Source: Thermodesulfobacteriota bacterium (GTDB lineage: Bacteria; Desulfobacterota_D; UBA1144). Taken from it: 64,000 nucleotides of DNA. Where the stretch lies: the NCBI GenBank assembly GCA_036340075.1, contig JAYYZJ010000004.1, forward strand, positions 1-64,000. Reading direction: 5' to 3'. The translations under genes and the position numbers were made by a program. Below, piece by piece: positions 52,200-63,242 of this stretch. Numbering within the stretch: position 1 is the first letter of the stretch; every line of letters starts with the position of its first letter. Under the pieces are notes generated by a model. It was given only the letters and a program-made list of their open reading frames with translations. It was not told where the DNA came from and did no database searches.

Positions 52200-53215
52200 T
52201 AGTTTTTAGCTTTGTCTACTAATTTCCTACGAAAAAGAGGTGTCATCATTGATCTCAAAGTTCCTCCAATATCTTCTATTGGATGAGACTCTCCATCTTT
52301 TAACAATTTAGTGTAATTAGGTCTTCCTGCTTCATTCTCGGCAACCCACTCTTTAGCAAAATCGCCATTTTGAATATCTTTCAAAATCTTTTTCATTCTC
52401 TCTTTAACATCTTTATCGATAACAACTGGGCCTCTTGTAATGTCTCCATACTTAGCTGTATCACTAATTGAGTATCGCATATTTGAAATTCCACCTTCAT
52501 ATATTAAATCGACAATTAGTTTCACTTCATGACAACATTCAAAGTAAGCCATTTCAGGGGGATACCCAGCTTCAGTTAGTGTTTCAAAGCCGGCAAGTAT
52601 CAAGCTAGATACTCCTCCACATAAAACAGTTTGTTCTCCAAATAAGTCTGTCTCTGTTTCATCTTTAAAGGTTGTTTCAATTACACCAACTCTTGCTGAT
52701 CCAATTCCTGCCGCATAAGCCAGAGAGATTTCTTTAGTATCTCCTGAAGGATCTTGATTTATAGCAATCAAAGCAGGTACTCCTGCACCATCTTCGTATT
52801 GACCTCGAACTGTATGTCCTGGCGCTTTTGGTGCAACCATAAATACATTTATATTTTCGTCTGGAATAATTTGCTTATAATGTATGTTAAAACCATGACC
52901 AAATGCTAAATACTTTCCGGGTGTTAAGTTTTCTTTTATATTTTCTTCGAATATACCTTTTTGGCTCGTATCAGGGGCAAGAATCATAATAATATCAGAT
53001 TTTTTCACTAAATCTTGAACTTCTAGCACTTCTAATCCTGCTGCTACAGCTTTATCCCAACTTTCACCACCTTTTCTTAGTCCAACTGAAACATTTATTC
53101 CTGAGTCTTTTAAGTTTTGAGCATGCGCATGTCCTTGGCTTCCAAAACCAATAATGCCAACATGTTTTTCTCCTAGTAAATTTAGATTACAGTCTTTTTC
53201 ATAATATACTTTCAT
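52199..53215 (-). CDS. ilvC: Ketol-acid reductoisomerase
   Basis: [44 protein letters not shown]. Confidence 0.98.
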   Translation of the reverse strand: MKVYYEKDCNLNLLGEKHVGIIGFGSQGHAHAQNLKDSGINVSVGLRKGGESWDKAVAAGLEVLEVQDLVKKSDIIMILAPDTSQKGIFEENIKENLTPGKYLAFGHGFNIHYKQIIPDENINVFMVAPKAPGHTVRGQYEDGAGVPALIAINQDPSGDTKEISLAYAAGIGSARVGVIETTFKDETETDLFGEQTVLCGGVSSLILAGFETLTEAGYPPEMAYFECCHEVKLIVDLIYEGGISNMRYSISDTAKYGDITRGPVVIDKDVKERMKKILKDIQNGDFAKEWVAENEAGRPNYTKLLKDGESHPIEDIGGTLRSMMTPLFRRKLVDKAKN

Positions 53216-53227
53216 ACTAATTCTCCA

Positions 53228-53707
53228 TTATTTTTTTTCTCTAGGCAGGGAAATTAATCCCGTCCTGGTAACCTCTTTTAAACCTAAAGGTTTTAATTTT
53301 TCTAAAAATTCGTCTACCTGTTCTTTGCTTCCAGAAAACTCTAATGTTAATGATTTTTCTCCAACTTCTAGTATGTTTGATTTGTAATAGCTAGCAGTTT
53401 TACTAACTGCAGATTGTTTACTTTTATTTGACGTTACTTTCGCTATTACTAGCTCTCTTTGTATACTATTAGTATCAGTAAAATCAGTTACTTTGATAAC
53501 ATTAATCATATTTTCGAACCTTTTAACAATCTGATCAATTACCCAATCTTCACCAGAAGTTACTAATGTTATTTTAGATAAAGAAGAATTTTCAGTAGGG
53601 GCTACGCATAGACTTTCTATGTTAAACCCTCTTGCAGTAAATAAACCTGAAATTCTTGCTAAAACACCAGGCTCATTGTCTACTAAAATTGTCAAGATAT
53701 GACGCAC
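53228..53707 (-). CDS. ilvN: Acetolactate synthase small regulatory subunit
   Basis: LVDNEPGVLARISGLF.ARGFNIESL, EVTRTG; AAGGAG RBS before GTG 53707. Confidence 0.94.
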   Translation of the reverse strand: MRHILTILVDNEPGVLARISGLFTARGFNIESLCVAPTENSSLSKITLVTSGEDWVIDQIVKRFENMINVIKVTDFTDTNSIQRELVIAKVTSNKSKQSAVSKTASYYKSNILEVGEKSLTLEFSGSKEQVDEFLEKLKPLGLKEVTRTGLISLPREKK

Positions 53708-53766
53708 CAAAATCTCCTTTTTTAGAAATAACTATAATAAACTAATTTAAAAGTATTATATAGTAA

Positions 53767-55320
53767 TCAGATTAGAATTTCGATTAGCCTCAAACCCTTG
53801 TGAGATAAATGTTTTTTTAGCTGATTTTTAATATTCTTACCAAGATTTATTGTTACAGATTTTACACCAAAGGATTGGCCCATCATCTTATAGTCTGGAT
53901 TTTCATGCCCTTTTCCATTTAATTGAGAATCTTCATTTAAAACTATAATTGTCAAATCTAATTTTTGTTCTCTTGCAACGATTAATTCTTGCATATTAAA
54001 TTGAAAATTCTCTCCAGAAGAGATACTGACAACTTTACTTCTAGGTCGAGAAAATTTTGCTCCGATTGCTGCAGGGAAGCCATATCCCGGGGTACCTACC
54101 CCTCCCGACATGATACTGTTTCTGTAATCTGTAAAATTATAGAATTGCTGTAGATTAACATCTTCATAACTAAAATCGGAACATATTATCGCCTTGTCTC
54201 CTAAAAGTTCAGACAAAGTTGAGAATATAAATGCCTTTTTGTTTTTAGAAATTATTTTTAATTTGTTTTCAGAATTCTTTTTATGTAATAAACTCAGGTC
54301 TTCTTTGTCCCAACTAAACTTCATCTTATCTTTCAATCTAGAAAAGGCTTCTAGAAAAAAAGAAGAGTTGGTTAATATGTTCAAAATATTTTTATTATCA
54401 TTAAGGAACTGCGTATTGTCTATATTGACGACTACCATTTTCTTTCCATCTAAAGATGATTCTGGGATGATTTTCTTTAAATCACATCCGATTGATATTA
54501 TTAGATCAGACTCGTTAATTAAAATATTTGAGGCATAAGAACCTTCTTCCCCAACTAATCCAAAATTATTTTTACTTTTTCCTAAAACACCAAGAGATAG
54601 AATTGATGACAAGGAAGGTATTTTGAAAATTTGTGAAATTTTTTCTATATATTTAGTATTTGATTCAGCACAGCTCCCTCTGCCATAAATTAATAAGGGC
54701 TTGTTAGAATTTTTTAATGCGGATTTGAACTTATTGAAATCTTTTTTTTGTAATTCTGGATTCTCAGAATAATTTTTAAGTTTTACTTTGTTTGGTATCT
54801 TAAATTCACTCTCGCCAATCAAAACATCTTTGGGCATGTCGACAAGTACTGGTCCTTTTCTGCCAGTTGATGATATATGTAAAGCTTCGGCAATAGCTTT
54901 TGGTAAATCCACAGTTTTCCTAACTAAAGTATTATGCTTTGTGCAGGAACGTGTTATTCCAATATGATCAGCTTCTTGAAATGCATCACTCCCCAAGAAA
55001 GGTACTGGGACTTGGCCTGTAAATATTAATACTGGAACTGAATCTATATGAGCTGTGGTTATTCCAGTAACTGTATTAGTTGCAGCAGGTCCAGAAGTAC
55101 ATAGAATAACACCAGGCAAATTACTGGCTCGGGCAAAACCATCTGCCATATGAGTAGCAGCTTGCTCATGTCTAGTTAATATATGTGTTATTTTTTTTGC
55201 ATATGATGGCATAACATCATAAATTTTTAATACATATCCGCCAGGCAAACCAAATATTATTCTTATTCCAAGCTTATATAATGACTCAAAGAAAAGTTCT
55301 GCACCTAGATATTTTTTCAT
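53767..55320 (-). CDS. ilvB: Acetolactate synthase large-subunit homologue with degenerate C-terminal ThDP domain
   Basis: FGLPGG, RHEQAATHMADGFAR, TSGPAATN, TGQVP, DAFQEAD, GPVLVDMPKD intact; GDG..NN motif absent. Confidence 0.85.
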   Translation of the reverse strand: MKKYLGAELFFESLYKLGIRIIFGLPGGYVLKIYDVMPSYAKKITHILTRHEQAATHMADGFARASNLPGVILCTSGPAATNTVTGITTAHIDSVPVLIFTGQVPVPFLGSDAFQEADHIGITRSCTKHNTLVRKTVDLPKAIAEALHISSTGRKGPVLVDMPKDVLIGESEFKIPNKVKLKNYSENPELQKKDFNKFKSALKNSNKPLLIYGRGSCAESNTKYIEKISQIFKIPSLSSILSLGVLGKSKNNFGLVGEEGSYASNILINESDLIISIGCDLKKIIPESSLDGKKMVVVNIDNTQFLNDNKNILNILTNSSFFLEAFSRLKDKMKFSWDKEDLSLLHKKNSENKLKIISKNKKAFIFSTLSELLGDKAIICSDFSYEDVNLQQFYNFTDYRNSIMSGGVGTPGYGFPAAIGAKFSRPRSKVVSISSGENFQFNMQELIVAREQKLDLTIIVLNEDSQLNGKGHENPDYKMMGQSFGVKSVTINLGKNIKNQLKKHLSHKGLRLIEILI

Positions 55321-55335
55321 TTCGATTATTATATA

Positions 55336-56007
55336 TTAATTTTCTTCATTAACTACAAAAGAATAAGTATTAAAAGGAGATAGTGGAGACTCTCTGAAGA
55401 TTAGCTTATCGTTATAATCTAAATCAATATTATGAAGAAATTTAGAACTGGTAACAAAATTTTCATTTCCCACGAAAAGCTCCTGTTTCTTATCCTTTAA
55501 TATCTCTTTGCACATCTCTCTTCCAGTACCTACAATTGTAGTGTCTTGGAAATCAATGGATGCAAAATTATTTAAATCAATCTTGAAATCATATTCCGAG
55601 AGGACTATTTTTTTTTCTATTTTAGAAAATTTTGCATAAGCTAGATTCTTGTTTTTTAAATCAAACACTACAATTAGATTTTTGTAATTATATTCGCAAT
55701 TAAACCCATAAGTTAGAAACGAAGATATTCCATAAACTGGTATTTTTACAAAATTAGCAAAAACATTGGCAGTAGAAATACCTACCCTTAAGGATGAAAG
55801 GTTGCCAGGTCCAACATTTACTCTAACTTGAGTAACATCTTCTACTTTCATAGATGAAACAAGAAACAATTCTTTAATCATAGGAGACAAGAGTTCACAA
55901 TGATTTGGTTTTTTGTTCTTCTCTTCTAATAAAAATAAGATTTCTTTTTCTGATGAAAGGCAAACGCTTGTATTAGTTTGTGAAGTGTCAATATTAAGAG
56001 ATAACAT
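55336..56007 (-). CDS. tsaB: tRNA t6A biosynthesis protein TsaB
   Basis: LNIDTS, NHCELLSPMI, VGPGNLSSLRVG. Confidence 0.82.
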   Translation of the reverse strand: MLSLNIDTSQTNTSVCLSSEKEILFLLEEKNKKPNHCELLSPMIKELFLVSSMKVEDVTQVRVNVGPGNLSSLRVGISTANVFANFVKIPVYGISSFLTYGFNCEYNYKNLIVVFDLKNKNLAYAKFSKIEKKIVLSEYDFKIDLNNFASIDFQDTTIVGTGREMCKEILKDKKQELFVGNENFVTSSKFLHNIDLDYNDKLIFRESPLSPFNTYSFVVNEEN

Positions 56008-56014
56008 TAAATAA

Positions 56015-57052
56015 TTAATTCTTTGAAATAATTTTTTTCTTTATTTCTTTTTCCAATTGGTTTGCCAACTTAGTGTTATCTTCTAGGAACTTCTGTGCAT
56101 TATCTCTTCCTTGACCTATTCTTTCATCTGAATAAGAGAACCATGCTCCTGCTTTATCCACGAAACCAAACTCAACACCTAAGTCGATAAGTTCGCCATA
56201 TCTTGATATACCTTTTCCAAATATAATATCCATTTCTGCTTCTTTGAATGGTGGTGCCACCTTGTTTTTAACTACTTTGACTCTAACTCTGTTTCCAACA
56301 ACACTTTCAGTTGTTTTTATCGATGCAATCCTTCTTACATCAAGCCTAACAGAAGAATAAAATTTTAAAGCATTTCCTCCTGTGGTTGTTTCTGGACTCA
56401 TATATGCTGGCACTCCGATTTTCATTCTAAGTTGATTAATAAAAATTACTGTAGATTTTGATTTTGATACCGTGGCTGTGATTTTCCTTAAAGCTTGAGA
56501 CATAAGTCTGGCTTGTCTTCCAACATGCGTATCCCCCATCTCTCCATCTAATTCGGCTTTTGGAGTTAAGGCAGCAACTGAGTCAATAACAACCATATCA
56601 ACAGATGCGCTCCTAACTAATTGATCGACGATTTCCAAAGCTTGTTCTCCATAATCTGGCTGAGATATAAGGAGCTCTTCTGTTTTAATTCCTAATCCTT
56701 TTGCATATGTTGGATCAAAAGCATGTTCCGCATCAACAAAAGCAGTTATTCCACCGTTTTTTTGTGTTTCTGCAATAGCATGAAGTGCTAAAGTAGTTTT
56801 TCCTGAAGCTTCAGGACCATAAACTTCAATTATTCTTCCTCTAGGAAACCCTCCAACACCAAGCGCGGAATCAAGGCCAATAGAACCAGTAGGAATTGAA
56901 CTAACGTTCTTAACCGTAGAATCATCATCATCTAATCTCATTATAGAACCTTTTCCAAATTGTTTTTCTATAGATGAAATAGTTGCTTCAATGGTCTTCT
57001 TTTTATCTTTGTCTGAATCTTTTTCGGGAATTTCTGTTTTTGCTTGTGCCAA
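56015..57052 (-). CDS. recA: Recombinase RecA
   Basis: [53 protein letters not shown] before TTG 57052. Confidence 0.98.
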   Translation of the reverse strand: MAQAKTEIPEKDSDKDKKKTIEATISSIEKQFGKGSIMRLDDDDSTVKNVSSIPTGSIGLDSALGVGGFPRGRIIEVYGPEASGKTTLALHAIAETQKNGGITAFVDAEHAFDPTYAKGLGIKTEELLISQPDYGEQALEIVDQLVRSASVDMVVIDSVAALTPKAELDGEMGDTHVGRQARLMSQALRKITATVSKSKSTVIFINQLRMKIGVPAYMSPETTTGGNALKFYSSVRLDVRRIASIKTTESVVGNRVRVKVVKNKVAPPFKEAEMDIIFGKGISRYGELIDLGVEFGFVDKAGAWFSYSDERIGQGRDNAQKFLEDNTKLANQLEKEIKKKIISKN

Positions 57053-57099
57053 AATGTGCTCCTTTTTGATACTATACAGCATTTAACAAATTGTTTCTA

Positions 57100-58347
57100 T
57101 CAATTAATTAATTCTTTTCTAAGTTTATCTAACGCAATCAAGCAAGTTCTCAATTTAATAGATTCTCTATTCCCCGACAATGAATACTTAGTTACTCTAG
57201 TGCCTTTTTTAGAACTTAATCCAATAAAAACTGTACCAACAGGCTTATCTTTTGTACCTCCAGTTGGTCCAGCAATGCCAGAGATAGCAACTGAAATATC
57301 GGTGTTTGATTTATTTCTGATATTTTTTGCCATTTCAGAAACTACGTTTTTGCTAACAGCCCCATAAGTCAATAAAGATTTACTCTTAACATCTAATATT
57401 GATTCTTTAGCTTTATTACTATAGGTTATTGCACCAAATTCAAAAAACTTTGAGGATCCTGGCACATCGGTAATCATGCTAGACAACAATCCTCCTGTAC
57501 ATGATTCAGCAATAGATATTTTAACTTTCTTTTCTAAAGCAATAAGAACGACATGGTGTGCAAGAGTAATGTTCTCGTCTGTAAAAATAAGGTCTCCCAA
57601 AACCTTTCTTATTTTCTTTTCTGTAGCAAGGGTCTCTTTTTTTGCATCTGACAAAGTATTAGATTGAGTAATTAGCCTTAAATGGATTTCATAATTATAA
57701 GGTCTAAAACCTATATAGGTTCTTTTTCGTGAAATCTTATTTATTCTTTCCGCAACTTCAGACTCAGGAGCACCAAAAATCTTCAGGGTTTTTGAAAAAG
57801 AATAAAGTTTCATCTTTTTTTGAACACTTGCTAAATCTTTTAAAAAACTATTTTTTATCATTGAATTAAATTCTTTTGGGACACCTGGAAAGAAATAAAA
57901 TTTAGTAGAAGATTTGGTTAAAGTGAAGCCTGAAGCAGTTCCGTTAACATTATTAATAATAGAGCTACCTTTTGGAAAATAAGCCTGCTTCTTATTCAAT
58001 GAGCTGTATTTTCGTTTTCTTTTTGCAAAAAGTTTTTTTATCTTCTCTTCTTCTTTCTTAATAAATATCAATTCTTTGCTAAAATATTCTGATGCTACCT
58101 CTCTAGTTAAATCATCTTCGGTTGGTCCCAGCCCGCCAGTAATAATTACAAATGATGAACGGGAATTAGCAATCTTAAGAGCTGAAATGATATCGTTTTT
58201 GGAGTCTCCCACACATTGATGGTAACGAATTTTCAAACCCATTGTGAAAACTTTTTCTGCAATTGAAAAAAAATTTGTATCGAGAGTTGTTCCGCTTAGG
58301 AGCTCCTCGCCAGTGGTTATTATTTCTATATTAGAATCTTTCTTCAT
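57100..58347 (-). CDS. cinA: CinA (competence/damage-inducible, MocF plus NMN deamidase PncC domain)
   Basis: TGEELLSG..DTN, GGLGPTEDDLT, AESCTGG, GAVS, SGIAGPTGG. Confidence 0.93.
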   Translation of the reverse strand: MKKDSNIEIITTGEELLSGTTLDTNFFSIAEKVFTMGLKIRYHQCVGDSKNDIISALKIANSRSSFVIITGGLGPTEDDLTREVASEYFSKELIFIKKEEEKIKKLFAKRKRKYSSLNKKQAYFPKGSSIINNVNGTASGFTLTKSSTKFYFFPGVPKEFNSMIKNSFLKDLASVQKKMKLYSFSKTLKIFGAPESEVAERINKISRKRTYIGFRPYNYEIHLRLITQSNTLSDAKKETLATEKKIRKVLGDLIFTDENITLAHHVVLIALEKKVKISIAESCTGGLLSSMITDVPGSSKFFEFGAITYSNKAKESILDVKSKSLLTYGAVSKNVVSEMAKNIRNKSNTDISVAISGIAGPTGGTKDKPVGTVFIGLSSKKGTRVTKYSLSGNRESIKLRTCLIALDKLRKELIN

Positions 58348-58430
58348 TTATCAATTTAATAATACCTTGAATATACCTTTGTAATGCGTAAACTCTCTTA
58401 AATAATAAGTAAATTAAGTTTGGAGAAATA

Positions 58431-59234
58431 ATGAAGATAGAAAACTGGCTTGAAGGTCACTGGGCTTTGATTCTGGGTTCCTCTAGCGGATTTGGAGCAG
58501 AGGTTTCAATAAAACTCTCAGAATATGGAGTTAACATAATTGGGGTTCATCTTGATAGGAAAGGTACAATGAAAAATGTTGAGGACATTGTTGCTAAAAT
58601 TAAGAGTAATGGGGTTAAAACGGAATTTTTTAATATCAATGCTGCAGATGAAACTAAAAGAAAAGAATGTTTAGATTCAGCTCTAAAATTAATTGAGAGT
58701 TCTGAGAAAAAAATTAAAATTCTATTACACTCACTAGCATTTGGATCTTTAAAGCCTTATGTTTCAAGCGATTCCGAAAAAAACGTTACACAAAAGAATA
58801 TGGATATGACTTTAGATGTCATGGCTAATTCTCTTGTGTATTGGGCACAAGATGTTCACTCAAGAAATCTTTTTAGCACAAAAGCACGCATCTATGCTAT
58901 GACGAGTGCTGGTAGTAGAAAAATATGGCCAACGTATGGCCCTGTCTCTGCAGCCAAATGTGCTCTTGAATCTCATATCAGACAGTTGGCAGTTGAACTT
59001 GCACCAAGCGGAATAACAGCAAACTCTCTTTGTGCCGGTGTTACTTTAACACCCGCCTTGGAAAAAATTCCAGGCAATGATGCCATCGTAGAAGGAGCAT
59101 TGAAAAGCAATCCAAGCAATAGACTAACTTTAACAGAAGATATTTCTGGAAGCATTGTGGCTCTATCTCATCCTGGAGCAGACTGGATAACTGGCAACAT
59201 AATTAGAGTTGATGGTGGAGAAGAGTTATCTTAA
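58431..59234 (+). CDS. SDR oxidoreductase, probable enoyl-ACP reductase (FabL/FabI-like)
   Basis: LILGSSSGFG, HSLAFG, YGPVSAAK (Yx6K spacing), VDGG. Confidence 0.72.
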   Translation: MKIENWLEGHWALILGSSSGFGAEVSIKLSEYGVNIIGVHLDRKGTMKNVEDIVAKIKSNGVKTEFFNINAADETKRKECLDSALKLIESSEKKIKILLHSLAFGSLKPYVSSDSEKNVTQKNMDMTLDVMANSLVYWAQDVHSRNLFSTKARIYAMTSAGSRKIWPTYGPVSAAKCALESHIRQLAVELAPSGITANSLCAGVTLTPALEKIPGNDAIVEGALKSNPSNRLTLTEDISGSIVALSHPGADWITGNIIRVDGGEELS

Positions 59235-60601
59235 TGGATTATGAATTACAAGTTTATAATTCTCTAAAAAACAAAAAAGAAATCTTCAAGGAAATTAATC
59301 CTGGAAAGATTGGCATATATGTTTGTGGTCCGACCGTGTACAGCAGCTCTCACATGGGACATGCACGTTCTGCAATAGTTTTTGACTCTATAGTTAGATT
59401 TTTAAGATTTATAGGATATGAAACTACTTATGTTAGAAATTTTACTGATGTGGACGACAAAATAATTAATAGAGCTAACGAAGAAGGAGTCTCTGTTGAA
59501 TCGATTGCCAATAAATATAAGTCGGAATATGTTGATGATATGGTCAATCTTGGGTGTATTGATCCAAACTTTCAACCATGCGTATCAGAGAATATTCAAG
59601 AAATCATAGAATTGATAGAAAAAATTATTACAACTGGTCATGCATATGTAGCAAATAATGAAGTTTACTATGATATAAATAAATTTTCAGATTATGGAAA
59701 ACTCTCAAATCAGAGTACCGATTTAATGCTTTCAAACAGCAGATTAGAACTTAATCCAAACAAAAAAAATGATTTGGATTTTGCCTTATGGAAATCATCT
59801 AAGAAAGATGAGCCCTCTTGGGAAAGTCCTTGGGGACCAGGTAGACCTGGTTGGCATATAGAATGCTCTTGTATGAGCATGAAATATCTAGGTGAAACAT
59901 TTGATTTTCATGGCGGAGGAAGAGATTTAATTTTTCCCCATCATGAAAATGAAATTGCTCAATCAGAATGTGTTACAAAGAAAAAATTTGCAAATTATTG
60001 GCTTCATAATGGATTAATCAATATAAACAATGAGAAAATGTCAAAATCAGTAGGGAATATAATTAATATTAGAGATGCTCTTAAAATTTGGAACAAAGAT
60101 ATTGTAAGAGTTTTTTTTCTAACACATCATTACAGAACACCAGTAGATTTATCAAATGAGAAACTGAAAGAGATTGAAAAAACACTTTTAAAAATTAATA
60201 AAAACCTAGAAACAAAAAATAATAACTCTACCTCTAATAGTTGTAATGATTTTAAAAAATTATGGATTAATGCTATGTTAGATGATTTCAACACCGCTAA
60301 AGCTTTTGGTTATTATTTTAAATATATAAATGAAGGTCTTCTTTCATTAAAGGATAATGAATTCATAGAAGAATTTGAAAAAACTATGGGTATCTTTGGA
60401 TGGAGAAATCAGTTTGTAGAAAATCAAACATCAACCATCAAGCCCAACGAAGAAGAGATTGCATTATTAATAGCTGATAGAAACAGAGCTAGAAATGAAA
60501 AAGATTGGGAAAAAGCTGACGAACTAAGATTAGAAGCAGAAAAACTTGGAATCAAACTTATAGATTCAAAAGATGGAACAAGCTGGGAAGAGATTAATTA
60601 A
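59234..60601 (+). CDS. cysS: Cysteine--tRNA ligase
   Basis: [47 protein letters not shown]. Confidence 0.98.
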   Translation: MDYELQVYNSLKNKKEIFKEINPGKIGIYVCGPTVYSSSHMGHARSAIVFDSIVRFLRFIGYETTYVRNFTDVDDKIINRANEEGVSVESIANKYKSEYVDDMVNLGCIDPNFQPCVSENIQEIIELIEKIITTGHAYVANNEVYYDINKFSDYGKLSNQSTDLMLSNSRLELNPNKKNDLDFALWKSSKKDEPSWESPWGPGRPGWHIECSCMSMKYLGETFDFHGGGRDLIFPHHENEIAQSECVTKKKFANYWLHNGLININNEKMSKSVGNIINIRDALKIWNKDIVRVFFLTHHYRTPVDLSNEKLKEIEKTLLKINKNLETKNNNSTSNSCNDFKKLWINAMLDDFNTAKAFGYYFKYINEGLLSLKDNEFIEEFEKTMGIFGWRNQFVENQTSTIKPNEEEIALLIADRNRARNEKDWEKADELRLEAEKLGIKLIDSKDGTSWEEIN

Positions 60602-61575
60602 ACACCTATTAGCTCTTTAGCTTTACTTAGCACTGGAGCTTGAGTTTCTCCTCTACAACCAAACCAGCAAGTATTGCACTTGGTTTCAGTAAAAAAGTCT
60701 GGGGTGTAATCAGTATAATGACAAACGGCTGGCATTTCAGAACATCTTTTTACATGTCCATCTGGAGTTACTGTTATCATTGAACTACCAGCATTACATT
60801 TAGGTCCATAACCATTTTTAAAAAATAGGGGAACCTGTTTTAAATAATAGTCGCTTGAAACTATAGTGTCGCCCCACTCTTTCTTTAGTCTTATTAGTTC
60901 ATTGGTAACATCTTCAACTTTTTGAATCTGCTCCTTAACAAAATGTTCCTCATTATTTGCCTTCATTACAGAATAAGAGCTATATGAAATGTTTGCTCCC
61001 CAATCTTTTGCTTGTTTCGCCATATCTATCATCTGGTCTAAATTTTCATCCATTATAATAGTGTTGATTGATATAGTCTTCTTTAGTTTGGTGGAAATTT
61101 CTGGTATCAGATTTGATATATGATTCCATAAACCGTTAACTCCCCTATTCTTAGAATGTCTGTCTCCTAAGAAGTCCAAAGAAATTGCAATTTGATCTAT
61201 GCCTGCGTCATAGAGTTCTTTAGCTTTATCTATGTTGAGCATATCTCCCTTTGTGATTATTCCTGTGTAGGTAAAAAAAGATGCTGATTTAATTTGCTTA
61301 ATAATATCCACAATATCTTTTCTTAGCATTGGTTCTCCACCAGTGACCATAACAACTAATGGATTAATTTTTTTTATTAAATCAGAATAATCATCTAATC
61401 TTTCTTCGTTCTTAGTCTGCCAATAATCACAGAAATCGCATCTCGCATTACACAGTTTTGTTACTTCAAGGTTTATCAATTTTGGTGATTTTGTTGCACT
61501 GGTTTGTACCCACTTTGACAAGCCCAGGACGCTAAAATTAAAAGACTCTAAAAAAGATTTGTTTCTATCCAGCAT
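60598..61575 (-). CDS. Radical SAM protein with C-terminal Cys-rich (Twitch/SPASM-like) extension
   Basis: CNARCDFC, TGGEP, ISLD; C-terminal CNAG..PDGHVKRC..CNTCWFGC. Confidence 0.88.
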   Translation of the reverse strand: MLDRNKSFLESFNFSVLGLSKWVQTSATKSPKLINLEVTKLCNARCDFCDYWQTKNEERLDDYSDLIKKINPLVVMVTGGEPMLRKDIVDIIKQIKSASFFTYTGIITKGDMLNIDKAKELYDAGIDQIAISLDFLGDRHSKNRGVNGLWNHISNLIPEISTKLKKTISINTIIMDENLDQMIDMAKQAKDWGANISYSSYSVMKANNEEHFVKEQIQKVEDVTNELIRLKKEWGDTIVSSDYYLKQVPLFFKNGYGPKCNAGSSMITVTPDGHVKRCSEMPAVCHYTDYTPDFFTETKCNTCWFGCRGETQAPVLSKAKELIGV

Positions 61576-61676
61576 TATTATTAAAAGAAATTATTACTAA
61601 GAATTGTATTTAATTCAATTAAGAGAAATTCTTAAATTACTATTGTAATTCTTATTTATGGTTTATGATTTAGAAT

Positions 61677-63242
61677 ATGAAGCTTGCTGGGACTAAAGAA
61701 ATAAAAGAAATTGATTACTTATCAAGCTCGAAATATAAGATTTCTAGTAAAATAAGGATGGAAATTGCTGGATTAAAATCTTTCGAGTTAATTAAAAGTA
61801 TATTCAATCCTAAAAAAACTCTTGTGATAGCTGGGACTGGAAACAATGGAGGAGATGGTTTGGTAATTGCAAGATATCTTCAATTAAATGGGTACGAATG
61901 TGAAATATTAGTCAGCAAGAATTCGAATAAAAGCTCTTCCGACTATAAAGAGAATCTAAAAATAATTAATAAAATGGGGATTAAAATTATAAAAGAATGT
62001 ACTTCTGCAAAGATAAAAAAGTTTGATTTAATTGTTGATGCATTTTTTGGGGTTGGTCTAAACAGAGAGCTAGACAGAAAAGCAAAAAATATAATAAAGA
62101 AAATCAACGCTAGCAATACCCCGGTTTGTGCTATTGATTTACCATCAGGGCTAGATGCAGACACTGGTTTAATTTATGGGGGATGTGTAAATGCAGACAG
62201 TACAATAACATTTGATTTTTTCAAGCCTGGATTATTAAGTGATCCGGGATGCAAATACAGCAAAGATGTTCATCTTGTTAAACTGCCGACACCAATTCAG
62301 CTTTCCAATAAATTAAACAATTTTTTTATTGAAGAAAGTTTCTTTAAAAATTTTTTCAAACAAAGAGATAAATCATCAAACAAAGGAACCTTTGGTCATG
62401 TTTTAGTCATAGGTGGCTCAAAGAATATGTCTGGCGCTATTAATCTTGCTGGTCTTTCTGCATACAAGACGGGCTGTGGCCTAGTAACTTTATGTGTACC
62501 AAAATGTATTAGCAATACATTGAAAAAGAAATTTCCTGAATCAGTTTTTATTGAAATTCCAAACAATGTTGATGGTTTAACTATGGATGAAAGTTGTTTT
62601 ATAGATGAGATAAAACAGAAATTAATGAAAAAGCCATCTGCAATAGTTATAGGGCCAGGAATGACAAATAGGAATGGTTTGTTGAAATTAATTAAAGACG
62701 CTTTGCTGTACTTTGATTGTCCAATAATATTAGATGCCGATGCGCTTAATTTAATTTCTAAAGATTTGAGCATTATTAAAAAATGTAAACAACAGATTAT
62801 TCTTACCCCTCACCCTGGAGAGATGGCTAGGATAAGTCAAAACAGTATTAAGGATATTCAAAAAAATAGAATAAGTATTGCTAAAGAGATATCTGCAATC
62901 ACTAAGGCCATAACTATACTAAAAGGGAACAGAACTATTATCTCTTCACCTAAAGGTGAAACTTATATAAATAGTTCAGGAAATGAAGGAATGGCTACTG
63001 GTGGCATGGGAGATTCATTAACAGGAATAATTGCAAGTTTTATTGCTCAAGGATATAACCCATTAGAAGCAAGCATCCTCGGCGTATTTGTACATGGAAA
63101 AGCTGGAGACATCATTTCCGAGAAAAATACTAGGCGTGGGATTCTGGCTTCAGAAGTTATAGATTTACTACCAAAAACAATTTCTCAAATTGAAGAGGAG
63201 TCAAAAAAGGATATTGAAGTCAATAGAATATCAAATGTATGA
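61677..63242 (+). CDS. nnr: Bifunctional NAD(P)H-hydrate epimerase/dehydratase
   Basis: GTGNNGGDG, DLPSG, NKGTFG, IGPG, LDADAL, LTPHPGEM, MATGGMGD. Confidence 0.94.
   Translation: MKLAGTKEIKEIDYLSSSKYKISSKIRMEIAGLKSFELIKSIFNPKKTLVIAGTGNNGGDGLVIARYLQLNGYECEILVSKNSNKSSSDYKENLKIINKMGIKIIKECTSAKIKKFDLIVDAFFGVGLNRELDRKAKNIIKKINASNTPVCAIDLPSGLDADTGLIYGGCVNADSTITFDFFKPGLLSDPGCKYSKDVHLVKLPTPIQLSNKLNNFFIEESFFKNFFKQRDKSSNKGTFGHVLVIGGSKNMSGAINLAGLSAYKTGCGLVTLCVPKCISNTLKKKFPESVFIEIPNNVDGLTMDESCFIDEIKQKLMKKPSAIVIGPGMTNRNGLLKLIKDALLYFDCPIILDADALNLISKDLSIIKKCKQQIILTPHPGEMARISQNSIKDIQKNRISIAKEISAITKAITILKGNRTIISSPKGETYINSSGNEGMATGGMGDSLTGIIASFIAQGYNPLEASILGVFVHGKAGDIISEKNTRRGILASEVIDLLPKTISQIEEESKKDIEVNRISNV

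Noticed and set aside
53767..55320. ilvB as a frameshifted pseudogene
   Set aside because: C-terminal structural motifs stay in frame through to the stop, so it is reported as a degenerate intact CDS
57053..57099. LexA box upstream of recA
   Set aside because: Only a CTGTAT half-site; no complete palindrome recognised
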